In this document: piece by piece, positions 39,076 to 46,936 of the stretch
How positions within the stretch are numbered: the stretch's first letter is position 1
Layout of the letters: each line of letters starts with the position of its first letter
Assembly: GCA_965209045.1 (NCBI GenBank)
Contig: CBDBPW010000001.1
Coordinates: forward strand, 258,111-322,110
Direction of reading: 5' to 3'
DNA length: 64,000 bases
Origin: Paracoccaceae bacterium
GTDB taxonomy: Bacteria > Pseudomonadota > Alphaproteobacteria > Rhodobacterales > Rhodobacteraceae
Position numbers and translations under genes: made by a program
Notes under the pieces: generated by a model
The model's input: the letters and a program-made list of their open reading frames with translations, nothing else
The model's database searches: none
What the model was told of the DNA's origin: nothing

Positions 39076-39519
39076 TTACACGGCCACCTTATCCGCGGCA
39101 GCACTCATCTCTTCGGCGGCTTTCTTGACGGCCTTCGAAGCGTCGCTGCCGAGATCCTTGCCGGCGGCAAGCATCAGCTCGACCGTTTCCATCTGGACCT
39201 TCTTCGCGACCTCGGCGAAGGCAGCCAGCGACTCGGCGCTCATTTCGGCCTGCGCCGACGCGAACTCGGCCATCGCCTTGCTGTAGTCGACGGGATCCTC
39301 CTTGGCGTTGGTGACATTGCCGAACTTTCCAATGGATGCCTTGGCCCAGCCGGCGGAAATCTCGGTGGACTTCTCGGCGGCATCCAGAACGACCTTCGAC
39401 ATCTTGTCGGCAACCGAGGCCTGGTTCTTGAACGCGTCATTGAACGCGCCCGCGTCCACGGGGAACGCACCCATCATTTCCTTCACCATCTTGGTGTATT
39501 CGTTTGCAGTCTTCGTCAT
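39076..39519 (-). CDS. phaP: phasin (PHA granule-associated protein)
   Basis: 147 aa from ATG 39519 (GGAGAGAGAAGAG upstream). All-helical, Ala/Lys/Glu-rich. Adjacent to phaC. Confidence 0.85.
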   Translation of the reverse strand: MTKTANEYTKMVKEMMGAFPVDAGAFNDAFKNQASVADKMSKVVLDAAEKSTEISAGWAKASIGKFGNVTNAKEDPVDYSKAMAEFASAQAEMSAESLAAFAEVAKKVQMETVELMLAAGKDLGSDASKAVKKAAEEMSAAADKVAV

Positions 39520-39572
39520 CTCTTCTCTCTCCGTGCCTTGGGAACGGGCGGTGCCCGATTCGTTTTTCAGAT

Positions 39573-39627
39573 GCAGCATACATAGATGCTGCGGTGCAGC
39601 ATTTCAAGGATTTTTTCTGCACTGCAG
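39573..39627 (-). promoter_or_regulatory. phasin-1 promoter with PhaR-type palindromes
   Basis: Minus strand: TTGAAA (39607-39602), a 17-nt spacer TGCTGCACCGCAGCATC containing TGCTGC-ACC-GCAGCA, then TATGTA (39584-39579). Also CTGCAGTGCAG (39627-39617) and GCAGCAT-N6-ATGCTGC (39573-39592). Confidence 0.6.
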
Positions 39628-39914
39628 CAAATTTCTTTTGCTTTCCTTTCAACGCGATGGATGAACCCAACCGTTCTCGCGCCATGGCACGCACTGCGAA
39701 AACGCAAATCGGAACGCTCTCGGCGGCCCCGGCTCCGCATGCTTCGCAATGCGTCACGACCGCCTTCAGCGGCGCGCCTGCATCCCGGAAAGCGTCTCGA
39801 TGGGCACGGCACCACGCCCGTCCGGTCGATCTGTCGAATTGACGTGCATGCCGACAGCGGGGAAGCAGGTCTGAACGGGAGGGCACCGCCCGGGAACGCC
39901 GCGCGTCGCGCATG

Positions 39915-39941
39915 AAAAAAGGCGGGCCCGTCCGGCCCGCC
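39915..39941 (-). terminator. rho-independent terminator of phasin gene 2
   Basis: Minus strand: GGCGGGCC-GGACG-GGCCCGCC followed by TTTTTT. Confidence 0.8.
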
Positions 39942-39952
39942 AGTTTTGGATT

Positions 39953-39973
39953 GCCAACAGGGAGGAAGTTGGC
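39953..39973 (-). ncRNA. 3' UTR hairpin with a CUUCCUCCC loop, paralog of the 39035-39055 hairpin
   Basis: Minus-strand RNA GCCAAC-UUCCUCCCU-GUUGGC, 13 nt after the stop codon. The stem is identical to the phasin-1 hairpin and the loop differs at one base. Confidence 0.5.
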
Positions 39974-39986
39974 GCTCGCAATCGAA

Positions 39987-40499
39987 TTACTGGTTCAAGG
40001 CCACCTTCTCAACGGTGGAGGACGATTCCTTGGCGGACTTCCTGGCGGCCTTCGAGGCGACTTGCGGCGGCGACGCCGGCTGACCAGATTCGGAACGCGG
40101 CTTCCTGGCCGCCTTCGATGCACCTTTGCCTGGATCCTTGTCCGAGGCAAGCATCAGCTCGAAAGTCCTCACCTGGGCCGTCGTCGCCACGTCCGCCAAG
40201 GCTTCCAAGGACCTGGCGCCCAATTCCGCCTGGGCAATCGCGAAATCACTCATGGCCTTGGTGTAGCCGGAAAGATCGTCCTGGGCATTGGTGACATTGC
40301 CGAGTCCTCCGAGGGTGGACTTTGTCCACGTGGCGGAAATCTCCGTCGACTTCTCGGCCGCCGCCAGCACGACTCTCGACATCTTGTCCGTGATGGAAGC
40401 CTGTTGCCTGAAGGCATTCTTGAACATTCCGGCATCCACCGGAAACTCGCCAAACATGCCCTTCATCACGTTCGCGTATCCATTTGCGTAGTCTGTCAT
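39987..40499 (-). CDS. phaP: phasin paralog with an extended Lys/Ser/Pro-rich tail
   Basis: 170 aa from ATG 40499 (GGAGCTGGAGAGAAG upstream). By eye, clearly homologous to phasin 1 over the first ~130 residues (FPVDAG.F..AF..QAS..DKMS.VVL.AAEKSTEIS). Confidence 0.85.
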   Translation of the reverse strand: MTDYANGYANVMKGMFGEFPVDAGMFKNAFRQQASITDKMSRVVLAAAEKSTEISATWTKSTLGGLGNVTNAQDDLSGYTKAMSDFAIAQAELGARSLEALADVATTAQVRTFELMLASDKDPGKGASKAARKPRSESGQPASPPQVASKAARKSAKESSSTVEKVALNQ

Positions 40500-40549
40500 C
40501 TTCTCTCCAGCTCCTGAGACTGGGGCGCCAGGCCCCGTGATTGTGCAGT

Positions 40550-40585
40550 TGCGGCATAGATATATGCCGCAATGCAGCAATTCAA
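40550..40585 (-). promoter_or_regulatory. phasin-2 promoter with the same palindrome architecture
   Basis: Minus strand: TTGAAT (40585-40580), a 17-nt spacer containing TGCTGC-ATT-GCGGCA, then TATCTA (40562-40557). Also TGCGGCATA-N4-TATGCCGCA (40550-40571). Confidence 0.55.
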
Positions 40586-40633
40586 GGGCAAATTCCGCCT
40601 CGCGGGAACTTTCTTTCCTTCAATGACAGAGGG

Positions 40634-42436
40634 TCAGCCGACTTCCACGACTTCCTTCACGTAAGTGCCCGGCGCCGCGGCGAGAACCGGGTGGCTCTGC
40701 GCGGATCCCGGAACCCGCGCCCCGGTCTCGCTGCCGGACCGCGCCTCCAGCCACCGGTTCCAGGCAGGCCACCAGGACCCTTCGTTGAACGTGGCCGTGT
40801 CCTTCCATGCCGCCGCGTCCGCAGGCAGCCCGTGGTTCGTGTAGTGACCGTACTTGTTTCTGGACGGAGGGTTCACGATGCCCGCAATATGTCCCGATTC
40901 GGACAGCAGGAACGTCTTCGAGTTGCTCCCCATCTGCCGGAAGCCCTCGTAGCAGGACGTCCATGCGGCAATGTGATCGGTCTCGCACGCGACAGAGCAG
41001 GCCGGGACCTTGATGTCCCCGACCCGAACCGTCTCGCCCAGGATCTCGAAGCCTTCGCGCGCGAACCGGTTCTGCTGGCAAAGGCCGCGCAGGTATTCCA
41101 TCAACATGGCTGCGGGCAGGTGGGTTCCGTCGCCGTTCCAGTAGAGAAGGTCGAAGGCCGGGGGTGCCTCTCCCATCAGGTAGCTCCGGATGGCCGGGCC
41201 GTAGATCAGGTCGTTCGAACGGAGGAAGCTGAATGTCCGGCTCATGATCCGGTTCTCCAGGACGCCGGCTTGGTTGCACTGCGCCTCGATGGCGTCCACG
41301 AAATCATCCGTCAGGAACACGGTGAACTCGCCCTGGTCCTTGAAGTCAGTGAGCGTCGTGAAGAACGTCGCGCATCCGATCGACTTGTCTCCCCGCTTTT
41401 CCAGCAGCGCAAGCGCGAGGGACAGCGCGGTCCCCCCGATGCAGTATCCCGCAACATTGATCCGCTTCTCTCCGGTGACAGCCTTCACCTCGTCGATTGC
41501 AGTCAGGAAGCCCTTCTCCACGTAATCTGCCATGCCGAAATCGCGATAGCTGGCATCAGGGTTCTTCCAGGACACGACGAAGAGCGTGTAGCCTTGGTCG
41601 ACGATCCACTTGATCAGGCTGTTCTTCGGTTTCAGGTCAAGGATGTAGTACTTGTTGATCCATGGCGGAAAGACGAGAAGCGGCGTCTCGTGCACGGTCT
41701 GCGTCGTTGGAGCGAACTGGATCAGTTCGAGGATCTCGTTGCGAAAGACGACCGAACCTTCGGTGCTCGCGATGTTGGAACCAACCTCGAACGCCTTCTT
41801 GTCAGCCAGCGTCACCATCAGTTCGCCGTCCGACTCCTCGATGTCGCGCACGAGGTTCTCCAGGCCGTCTACGAGGGACTGCCCGTTGGTCTCCACCGCC
41901 TTCGCGAGAGCTTCCGGGTTCGTGCCGAGGAAGTTTGCAGGGCTCATCATGTCGATGATCTGGCGCGTGAAGTAGCGCACGCGCTTGCGGTCGGTCTCGT
42001 TCAGGTCATCCAGGCCGTCGACAGCGTTCGAGATTGCCTCCGCGGAGATCAGGTACTGCTGCTTGATGAAGTTGAAATAGGGATGCTGGGCCCAAAGATC
42101 CCCGGCAAACCGAGGGTCCGCCGGAGTGTTGTCCTCGGGCGGCTCCAGGCTTCCTTGCATCAGGCTCTTCTGTGCGTCGACAAAGTGCGTCAGGGCCTTG
42201 GTCCAGTACGCAACCTGGGTCTCGAACACCTTTGACGGGCTCTCCACGAGTTCCGCGACATACGCCGAAGCCGCCTTGGCGTAGAGTTCCTGGCCCGGGC
42301 CCTGCAGATCGGGATTGGGCGCCTTCTTCCTGGAAATCGCTACAGCCAGGCGCTCTGACAGCTCCTCGATCCTGGCAAGGTTCTTGTGCAACTCCTCCAG
42401 CTGGTCAGGGTCTTCGTCGCTTTCTTTGGTTGCCAT
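40634..42436 (-). CDS. phaC: class I poly(R)-hydroxyalkanoate synthase
   Basis: 600 aa from ATG 42436. Lipase box GYCIGG, and PPWINKYYILDL and WNGDGTHLP motifs. Confidence 0.95.
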   Translation of the reverse strand: MATKESDEDPDQLEELHKNLARIEELSERLAVAISRKKAPNPDLQGPGQELYAKAASAYVAELVESPSKVFETQVAYWTKALTHFVDAQKSLMQGSLEPPEDNTPADPRFAGDLWAQHPYFNFIKQQYLISAEAISNAVDGLDDLNETDRKRVRYFTRQIIDMMSPANFLGTNPEALAKAVETNGQSLVDGLENLVRDIEESDGELMVTLADKKAFEVGSNIASTEGSVVFRNEILELIQFAPTTQTVHETPLLVFPPWINKYYILDLKPKNSLIKWIVDQGYTLFVVSWKNPDASYRDFGMADYVEKGFLTAIDEVKAVTGEKRINVAGYCIGGTALSLALALLEKRGDKSIGCATFFTTLTDFKDQGEFTVFLTDDFVDAIEAQCNQAGVLENRIMSRTFSFLRSNDLIYGPAIRSYLMGEAPPAFDLLYWNGDGTHLPAAMLMEYLRGLCQQNRFAREGFEILGETVRVGDIKVPACSVACETDHIAAWTSCYEGFRQMGSNSKTFLLSESGHIAGIVNPPSRNKYGHYTNHGLPADAAAWKDTATFNEGSWWPAWNRWLEARSGSETGARVPGSAQSHPVLAAAPGTYVKEVVEVG

Positions 42437-42543
42437 TGCTTCAGCCCCTGCGTATTTGCACTTGCAGCATTTGGGGCAATGTAGCGATGCAGGGCTCGAT
42501 TGGCAAAGCGGCGTTTTGGCCCAGGTGCGCGGGGAGTGCGGAT

Positions 42544-43851
42544 ATGCGATACATGCTGACCTACGACACCATGGAGGCGACCAGAAACACCAGCCAGTGG
42601 GTTGGCGCAACCGCAGCCGCAATGGCATCCTACCCTGTCTGGGGTGCCGTGCCGAATCCCTGGATCGGGCTCATGGCCGCATGGGGTGAAGTCACGGAAC
42701 GCAGCTTTGCAAGGATGGCTGCCCGACCCGACTGGGGCATTGATTCCGTGGTCGGTGAGGACGGTCGCGATCATCTTGTCGACATCGAAACGGAAGTCGC
42801 CCGCCCGTTCTGCGACCTGATTCGCTTCCGAGTCCAGGCACGACCGGAACGGCGGCGGCGCATCCTGCTGGTCGCCCCGATGTCAGGACACTATGCAACG
42901 CTTTTGCGCCCAACCGTGCACAGCCTGCTGCCCGATGCCGAAATCTGGATCACGGACTGGCACAACACGCGCGACATCCCGGTCAGCGCCGGGAAGTTCG
43001 ACATCGAGGACTACACTCTCTACCTGTCCGAGTTCATTCGCCATCTCGGCCCGTCGATCAACGTGATCGCCGTGTGCCAGCCCGCTCCGCTGGCGCTTGC
43101 CGCGACGGCCTATCTCGCGGCGGAAGCTCCCGAGGCCCAGCCGCGCACCCTGGCGCTGTTCGGCGGGCCGGTGGATCCGGATGCCGCACGCACCGAGGTC
43201 ACGGATTTCGGGCGCCGCGTGACCATGGGGCAGCTCGAACAGTTCATGATCCAGCGCGTGGGCTTCAAGTATGCGGGCGTCGGGCGACTGGTCTACCCGG
43301 GGCTCCTGCAGCTCGCTTCCTTCATGACCATGAACACGGAGACTCACGTGCGCGCCTTCACGAACCAGATCGTGCTGGCCGCAAAGGGAGAGGCGGCGGA
43401 CCACGACAGGCACAACCGCTTCTACGACGAGTATCTCGCGGTCATGGACATGCCTGCCGAGTTCTATCTGTCCACCGTCGAGCGCGTGTTCAAGAACCGG
43501 GAAATCGCGCGAAACAGGTTCACCGTGAACGGACGCCGTGTCGATTTCGGCGCAATCACCGACGTCGCGGTCAAGACGGTCGAGGGCGAGCAGGACAACA
43601 TCTCCGCCCCGGGACAATGCCTCGCGGCCCTGGACCTGCTCACGGGATTGCCGGCTTCCAAGAAGGCCTCGCATCTTGAGCCTGGCGCCGGCCACTACGG
43701 AATCTTTGCCGGCAGGAGCTGGCGCGACAACATCCGACCCCTGGTTCTGGATTTCATCGATCAGAACGCGCCCTCCCGGCATCGCGCAGCTGCCCGTGAC
43801 GCGCATGGCGGCCAGGAGCCTGCAGAGGGCGCGTCCATCACGTCCAGTTGA
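42544..43851 (+). CDS. phaZ: intracellular polyhydroxyalkanoate depolymerase
   Basis: Divergent from phaC. Has the typical PhaZ N-terminus (Y..ME..R), LLVAPMSGHYATLLR and VCQPAPLALAA. ATG 42544 or 42553. Confidence 0.9.
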   Translation: MRYMLTYDTMEATRNTSQWVGATAAAMASYPVWGAVPNPWIGLMAAWGEVTERSFARMAARPDWGIDSVVGEDGRDHLVDIETEVARPFCDLIRFRVQARPERRRRILLVAPMSGHYATLLRPTVHSLLPDAEIWITDWHNTRDIPVSAGKFDIEDYTLYLSEFIRHLGPSINVIAVCQPAPLALAATAYLAAEAPEAQPRTLALFGGPVDPDAARTEVTDFGRRVTMGQLEQFMIQRVGFKYAGVGRLVYPGLLQLASFMTMNTETHVRAFTNQIVLAAKGEAADHDRHNRFYDEYLAVMDMPAEFYLSTVERVFKNREIARNRFTVNGRRVDFGAITDVAVKTVEGEQDNISAPGQCLAALDLLTGLPASKKASHLEPGAGHYGIFAGRSWRDNIRPLVLDFIDQNAPSRHRAAARDAHGGQEPAEGASITSS

Positions 43852-44125
43852 CTTGTGCGCCTCCCGGCAGCGCGGCACGTGCACGGAGGGGAAAGTCGCC
43901 GGCATATCCTGCCGCCTTGCAGAAGCCCTGCACCCAGGCATCGTCCATCAGCAGGAAGTCCAGCACCGAGGCCAGGAATTCGAGATCCTTCGAGCGCTGC
44001 CGCAGGTCCGACTCCGTGGCGCCCGTTGAACCGAGAAAGACGGGCAGAAGCTCGTCATCGCCGACCAGCCATGACAGGGCCTTGATCGCGAGAATCTCTG
44101 CAGCGTCCTTTGGCAGCGGCGTCAT
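43838..44125 (-). CDS. DUF3572 domain-containing protein
   Basis: AAEILAIKALSWLVGDDELLPVFLGSTGATESDLR..EFLASVLDFLLMDDAWVQGFC matches the DUF3572 pattern. Its 3' end overlaps phaZ convergently by 14 nt. Confidence 0.7.
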   Translation of the reverse strand: MTPLPKDAAEILAIKALSWLVGDDELLPVFLGSTGATESDLRQRSKDLEFLASVLDFLLMDDAWVQGFCKAAGYAGDFPLRARAALPGGAQVNWT

Positions 44126-44258
44126 GTCCGGCCCCGTCCCAAGCAACAACGCCATTACAGGAATTCGACGGTTGCCAAAACGGGAATCCTCTGGTCGGGA
44201 GAGTTTCCGGGGCGGCGCACGCGGACCTGTCCCGATGCAAGTCGGCGCAACGCCCGGT

Positions 44259-44747
44259 TCAACGACGCTTGAATCGCTTCAGGGAACGCTCCAGCCGGTC
44301 GGCATAGGCTGAACGCTCGTCGGGGCTCATCGCTTCAAGCCGTTCGAGCAGCAACGCCTCCCCAAGCAACTGGCGTTCCTCGGCAACTCCCCGTTGCTCC
44401 TGCAGGATGCGCCTCACCTCGTCCGGGCCGAACGGTTCCGCCCGGAGCGCCACCAACAGTTCATCAAGCAGGTCACGCAACCGGCCGCGACTCGCCTGGA
44501 GATGAGGACGCTTCCCTGTCAGCTTGTCATGAAGCGCCCCCCGGTCTCCAGGACCCAGCGCGTGCGCGAAGGGCTCGCCGATCACGCCCCGCACAGGTCC
44601 CGCGACACCGTCGCCCCAGCGCGGGCGGTCTGGCGCAAGGGCGCGTCCCACGAAGGCGCCAATGACAACGAAATTCAGTGCCAGCGACACGAACAGGAGC
44701 GGCTTCACCCAGGAACGGCGCCGGCGTGATGCAGCGTTCTCATTCAT
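44259..44747 (-). CDS. periplasmic Spy/CpxP/ZraP-like stress or heavy-metal sensor protein
   Basis: N-terminal TM/signal anchor KPLLFVSLALNFVVIGAFV, then a helical Arg/Glu/Leu-rich domain. Third gene of the ECF module. Confidence 0.6.
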   Translation of the reverse strand: MNENAASRRRRSWVKPLLFVSLALNFVVIGAFVGRALAPDRPRWGDGVAGPVRGVIGEPFAHALGPGDRGALHDKLTGKRPHLQASRGRLRDLLDELLVALRAEPFGPDEVRRILQEQRGVAEERQLLGEALLLERLEAMSPDERSAYADRLERSLKRFKRR

Positions 44748-45084
44748 CGAGGATCGCCTCAAGGTCGGTCCCGGGAAGGAAGGTCGCCAGCGCGACCGTG
44801 TCGTCACTCCCGAGCGTCAAGGCATCTATTGCATCCGGCATCGCAAACCCGATCCAGACTCCGAGTGCCGCAGCCCCGGACAGTCCGGACGCGGCGAACG
44901 CCCGACCCAGCCAGGCGAACCGCAGGACCGGAAGGCCGGCAGGAGCGGGCGCGGGCCTGGCGGTCCCTGCATCGACGCTTGCCGCAAGGCGTTCCAGGAA
45001 TTCGCCGGAGGGCGACGGCCTTTCCGAGCGACCCGCTGCAAACAGCGTCTCAAGCGCATCGTCGTCACGGGCGTTTCCGGTCAT
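44740..45084 (-). CDS. putative anti-sigma factor or membrane protein
   Basis: Overlaps the sigma gene stop. Short cytoplasmic N-terminus, one TM (ASGLSGAAALGVWIGFAM) and a short periplasmic tail. Confidence 0.55.
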   Translation of the reverse strand: MTGNARDDDALETLFAAGRSERPSPSGEFLERLAASVDAGTARPAPAPAGLPVLRFAWLGRAFAASGLSGAAALGVWIGFAMPDAIDALTLGSDDTVALATFLPGTDLEAILDE

Positions 45085-45682
45085 CCTCAAACCCCAGTTC
45101 TTCCCTCTTGCCGTACAGCGCCTTCTTGAGGGCGCGCTTGCCCCGTGCAGTCAGACTTTCCACCGCCTCCACGCCGATGTCCATTATCTCGGCGATCTCG
45201 GGATTCGAGAATCCCTCGATGTGACGCATCACCACGGCCTGCCTTTGCCTGGCAGGAAGGGCAGACAGGGCGGCATCCAGAGTTTCGGATCTCTGCCTTG
45301 CGGTCATGACGTCGACCGCGCTTGCCAGGTCTGCGGCCGGTTCGGCGATGGAATCCAGCGCAATCTGCGGCCCGACCCGCCGCCTCCGAAGTCGATCAGT
45401 GCAGAGATTCATCGCCACCCTGCAGGCCCAGGTCGAGACCTTTGCGTCGCCCTGCCGCCAGTCCGGTGCCATCTTCCAGAGCCTCAGCATGGTCTCCTGC
45501 ACGACATCCTCTGCTTCGGAATGGTCGCCGAGAACCCTGGCCGCGCAGCCGAAGAGCATTGGTCCGAGCCGCGCGACCAACTGCTGGCCAGCCTGCGCAT
45601 CGCCATTTGCAAACGAGACGAGAAGCGCCGAGTCCGGCACTTCGCCTGCATGAGGGGCGACAAGAGCGGCATTGTCTTCCAT
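45065..45682 (-). CDS. ECF-type RNA polymerase sigma-70 factor
   Basis: Region 2 AEDVVQETMLRLWK..STWACRVAMNLCTDRLRRR and region 4 LPARQRQAVVMRHIEGFSNPEIAEIMDIGVEAVESLTARGKRALK. Confidence 0.9.
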   Translation of the reverse strand: MEDNAALVAPHAGEVPDSALLVSFANGDAQAGQQLVARLGPMLFGCAARVLGDHSEAEDVVQETMLRLWKMAPDWRQGDAKVSTWACRVAMNLCTDRLRRRRVGPQIALDSIAEPAADLASAVDVMTARQRSETLDAALSALPARQRQAVVMRHIEGFSNPEIAEIMDIGVEAVESLTARGKRALKKALYGKREELGFEDDRKRP

Positions 45683-45737
45683 CTCCGACCGGACCTAGAG
45701 CCGGACTGCCGCAAGGGCAATCCGGCACGTTTCGGCG

Positions 45738-46229
45738 TCAGTTCCGCCAGAAGCCCCACCAGCGACCCCCCTTGTCTCCGCGGCGGCCGCGATGGCGACC
45801 TGCGAATCGCTCCATCCCGGCCTCGAATTCCTCCGCACTGACTCCGCCGGAGTCGTCGGAATCGAGCCGCATGATCCCCCGGAGCCGGCCACCATGATGT
45901 CCGCGGGCCGCCAAAGCGTCCTGGCTCAGCACGCCATCGCCATCGGCGTCAAGGCGCGCGAACATGCGGGCGGCCGCCTCGCCCGCCCGCGCCCGCGCGG
46001 CAGCCACGAACTCAGCTTCGCTGATGTCACCGCTGCCATCGGCGTCCATTTCCGCGAAGCGCGCTCCGGGCAGCATTTCCAGGTCTTCGCGGGTGATTTC
46101 CCCGCTGCCGTCAACATCCAGCTGCTCGAAGGTCACGTGGACCCTTGCCTGCTCCAGGGCAAGTGCGGCGCCTGTTCCGGTCGCAGTCAGCGATGCCGCC
46201 GCAAGGATCGAGAGTCTCGCAAGTTTCAT
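45738..46229 (-). CDS. exported EF-hand calcium-binding protein with four EF loops
   Basis: Signal peptide MKLARLSILAAASLTATGTGAALA. EF loops DVDGSGEITRED, DADGSGDISEAE, DADGDGVLSQDA and DSDDSGGVSAEE. Confidence 0.8.
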   Translation of the reverse strand: MKLARLSILAAASLTATGTGAALALEQARVHVTFEQLDVDGSGEITREDLEMLPGARFAEMDADGSGDISEAEFVAAARARAGEAAARMFARLDADGDGVLSQDALAARGHHGGRLRGIMRLDSDDSGGVSAEEFEAGMERFAGRHRGRRGDKGGRWWGFWRN

Positions 46230-46447
46230 TTCCTGGTCTCCGTCGTTTTGTGTCTACGGCAACTTGAACGTGGCGCGGCGGACTTTCCGTCGATTCCATC
46301 TCGGCAAGCCGCGCCGAGCGCCCGCGAAATCAATGACCGGAAGCTGGCGGGCCGTTTCCGCATCAGGGGCGGCGAGCGCCCGAACGTCTCAGGTTCACGC
46401 AGAGATTCCCTGCATGTTCGTCAATGCGTCAAGGATTCTCGGGGCGG

Positions 46448-46738
46448 CTACATCAAGGAGCGCGCAAGATCCGGCAGCACGATGTCGCGGAGAATGATGA
46501 TGATGAGGAAGGCCACGAGCGGCGTAAGGTCGAGCGCGCCGGTGTTCGGAAGCACACGCCTGATTGGCTGGTACACGGGCTCCAGAAGCCGGCAGAGGCC
46601 GTCCCAGATCGATGCCACCATGGGCTGGCGCAGGTTCAGGACGTTGAAACTGATCAGCCAGCTCAGGATGACGTGCACAAGCACGACCATGAAGGCGACG
46701 TCCAGCAACAGGGAGATAATCTGCAAGATCGAATTCAC
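46448..46738 (-). CDS. yggT: YggT family membrane protein
   Basis: 96 aa with two TM segments. ..VILSWLISFNVLN..P..LLEPVYQPIRRVLP..GALDLTPLVAFL is the YggT signature. Confidence 0.85.
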   Translation of the reverse strand: MNSILQIISLLLDVAFMVVLVHVILSWLISFNVLNLRQPMVASIWDGLCRLLEPVYQPIRRVLPNTGALDLTPLVAFLIIIILRDIVLPDLARSLM

Positions 46739-46936
46739 GAACTGTCCTCAATTGCTTCAGGCATTCACCTAAGGCCCCATGCAAGTCCGTGCAAGCCCCG
46801 AACTCGTGACCTTGCACGGCTCGGGCCGCGATTGCGCGATGCGGCGCCCCCTGCACGAAGTGCTTTCGCATGGCAGAACCAAGGTTGCGTACGGTTTCCC
46901 GTCCGGCTTAAGTCTGCGAAAACAGGGACGGTCCAA

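Noticed and set aside
45683-46330. ECF-type promoters (GGAAC-N16/17-CGTT) upstream of the sigma and EF-hand genes.
   Set aside because: GGAAC- and GGAAT-like and CGTT-like elements are present, but their spacings (11, 13 and 22 nt) do not fit.
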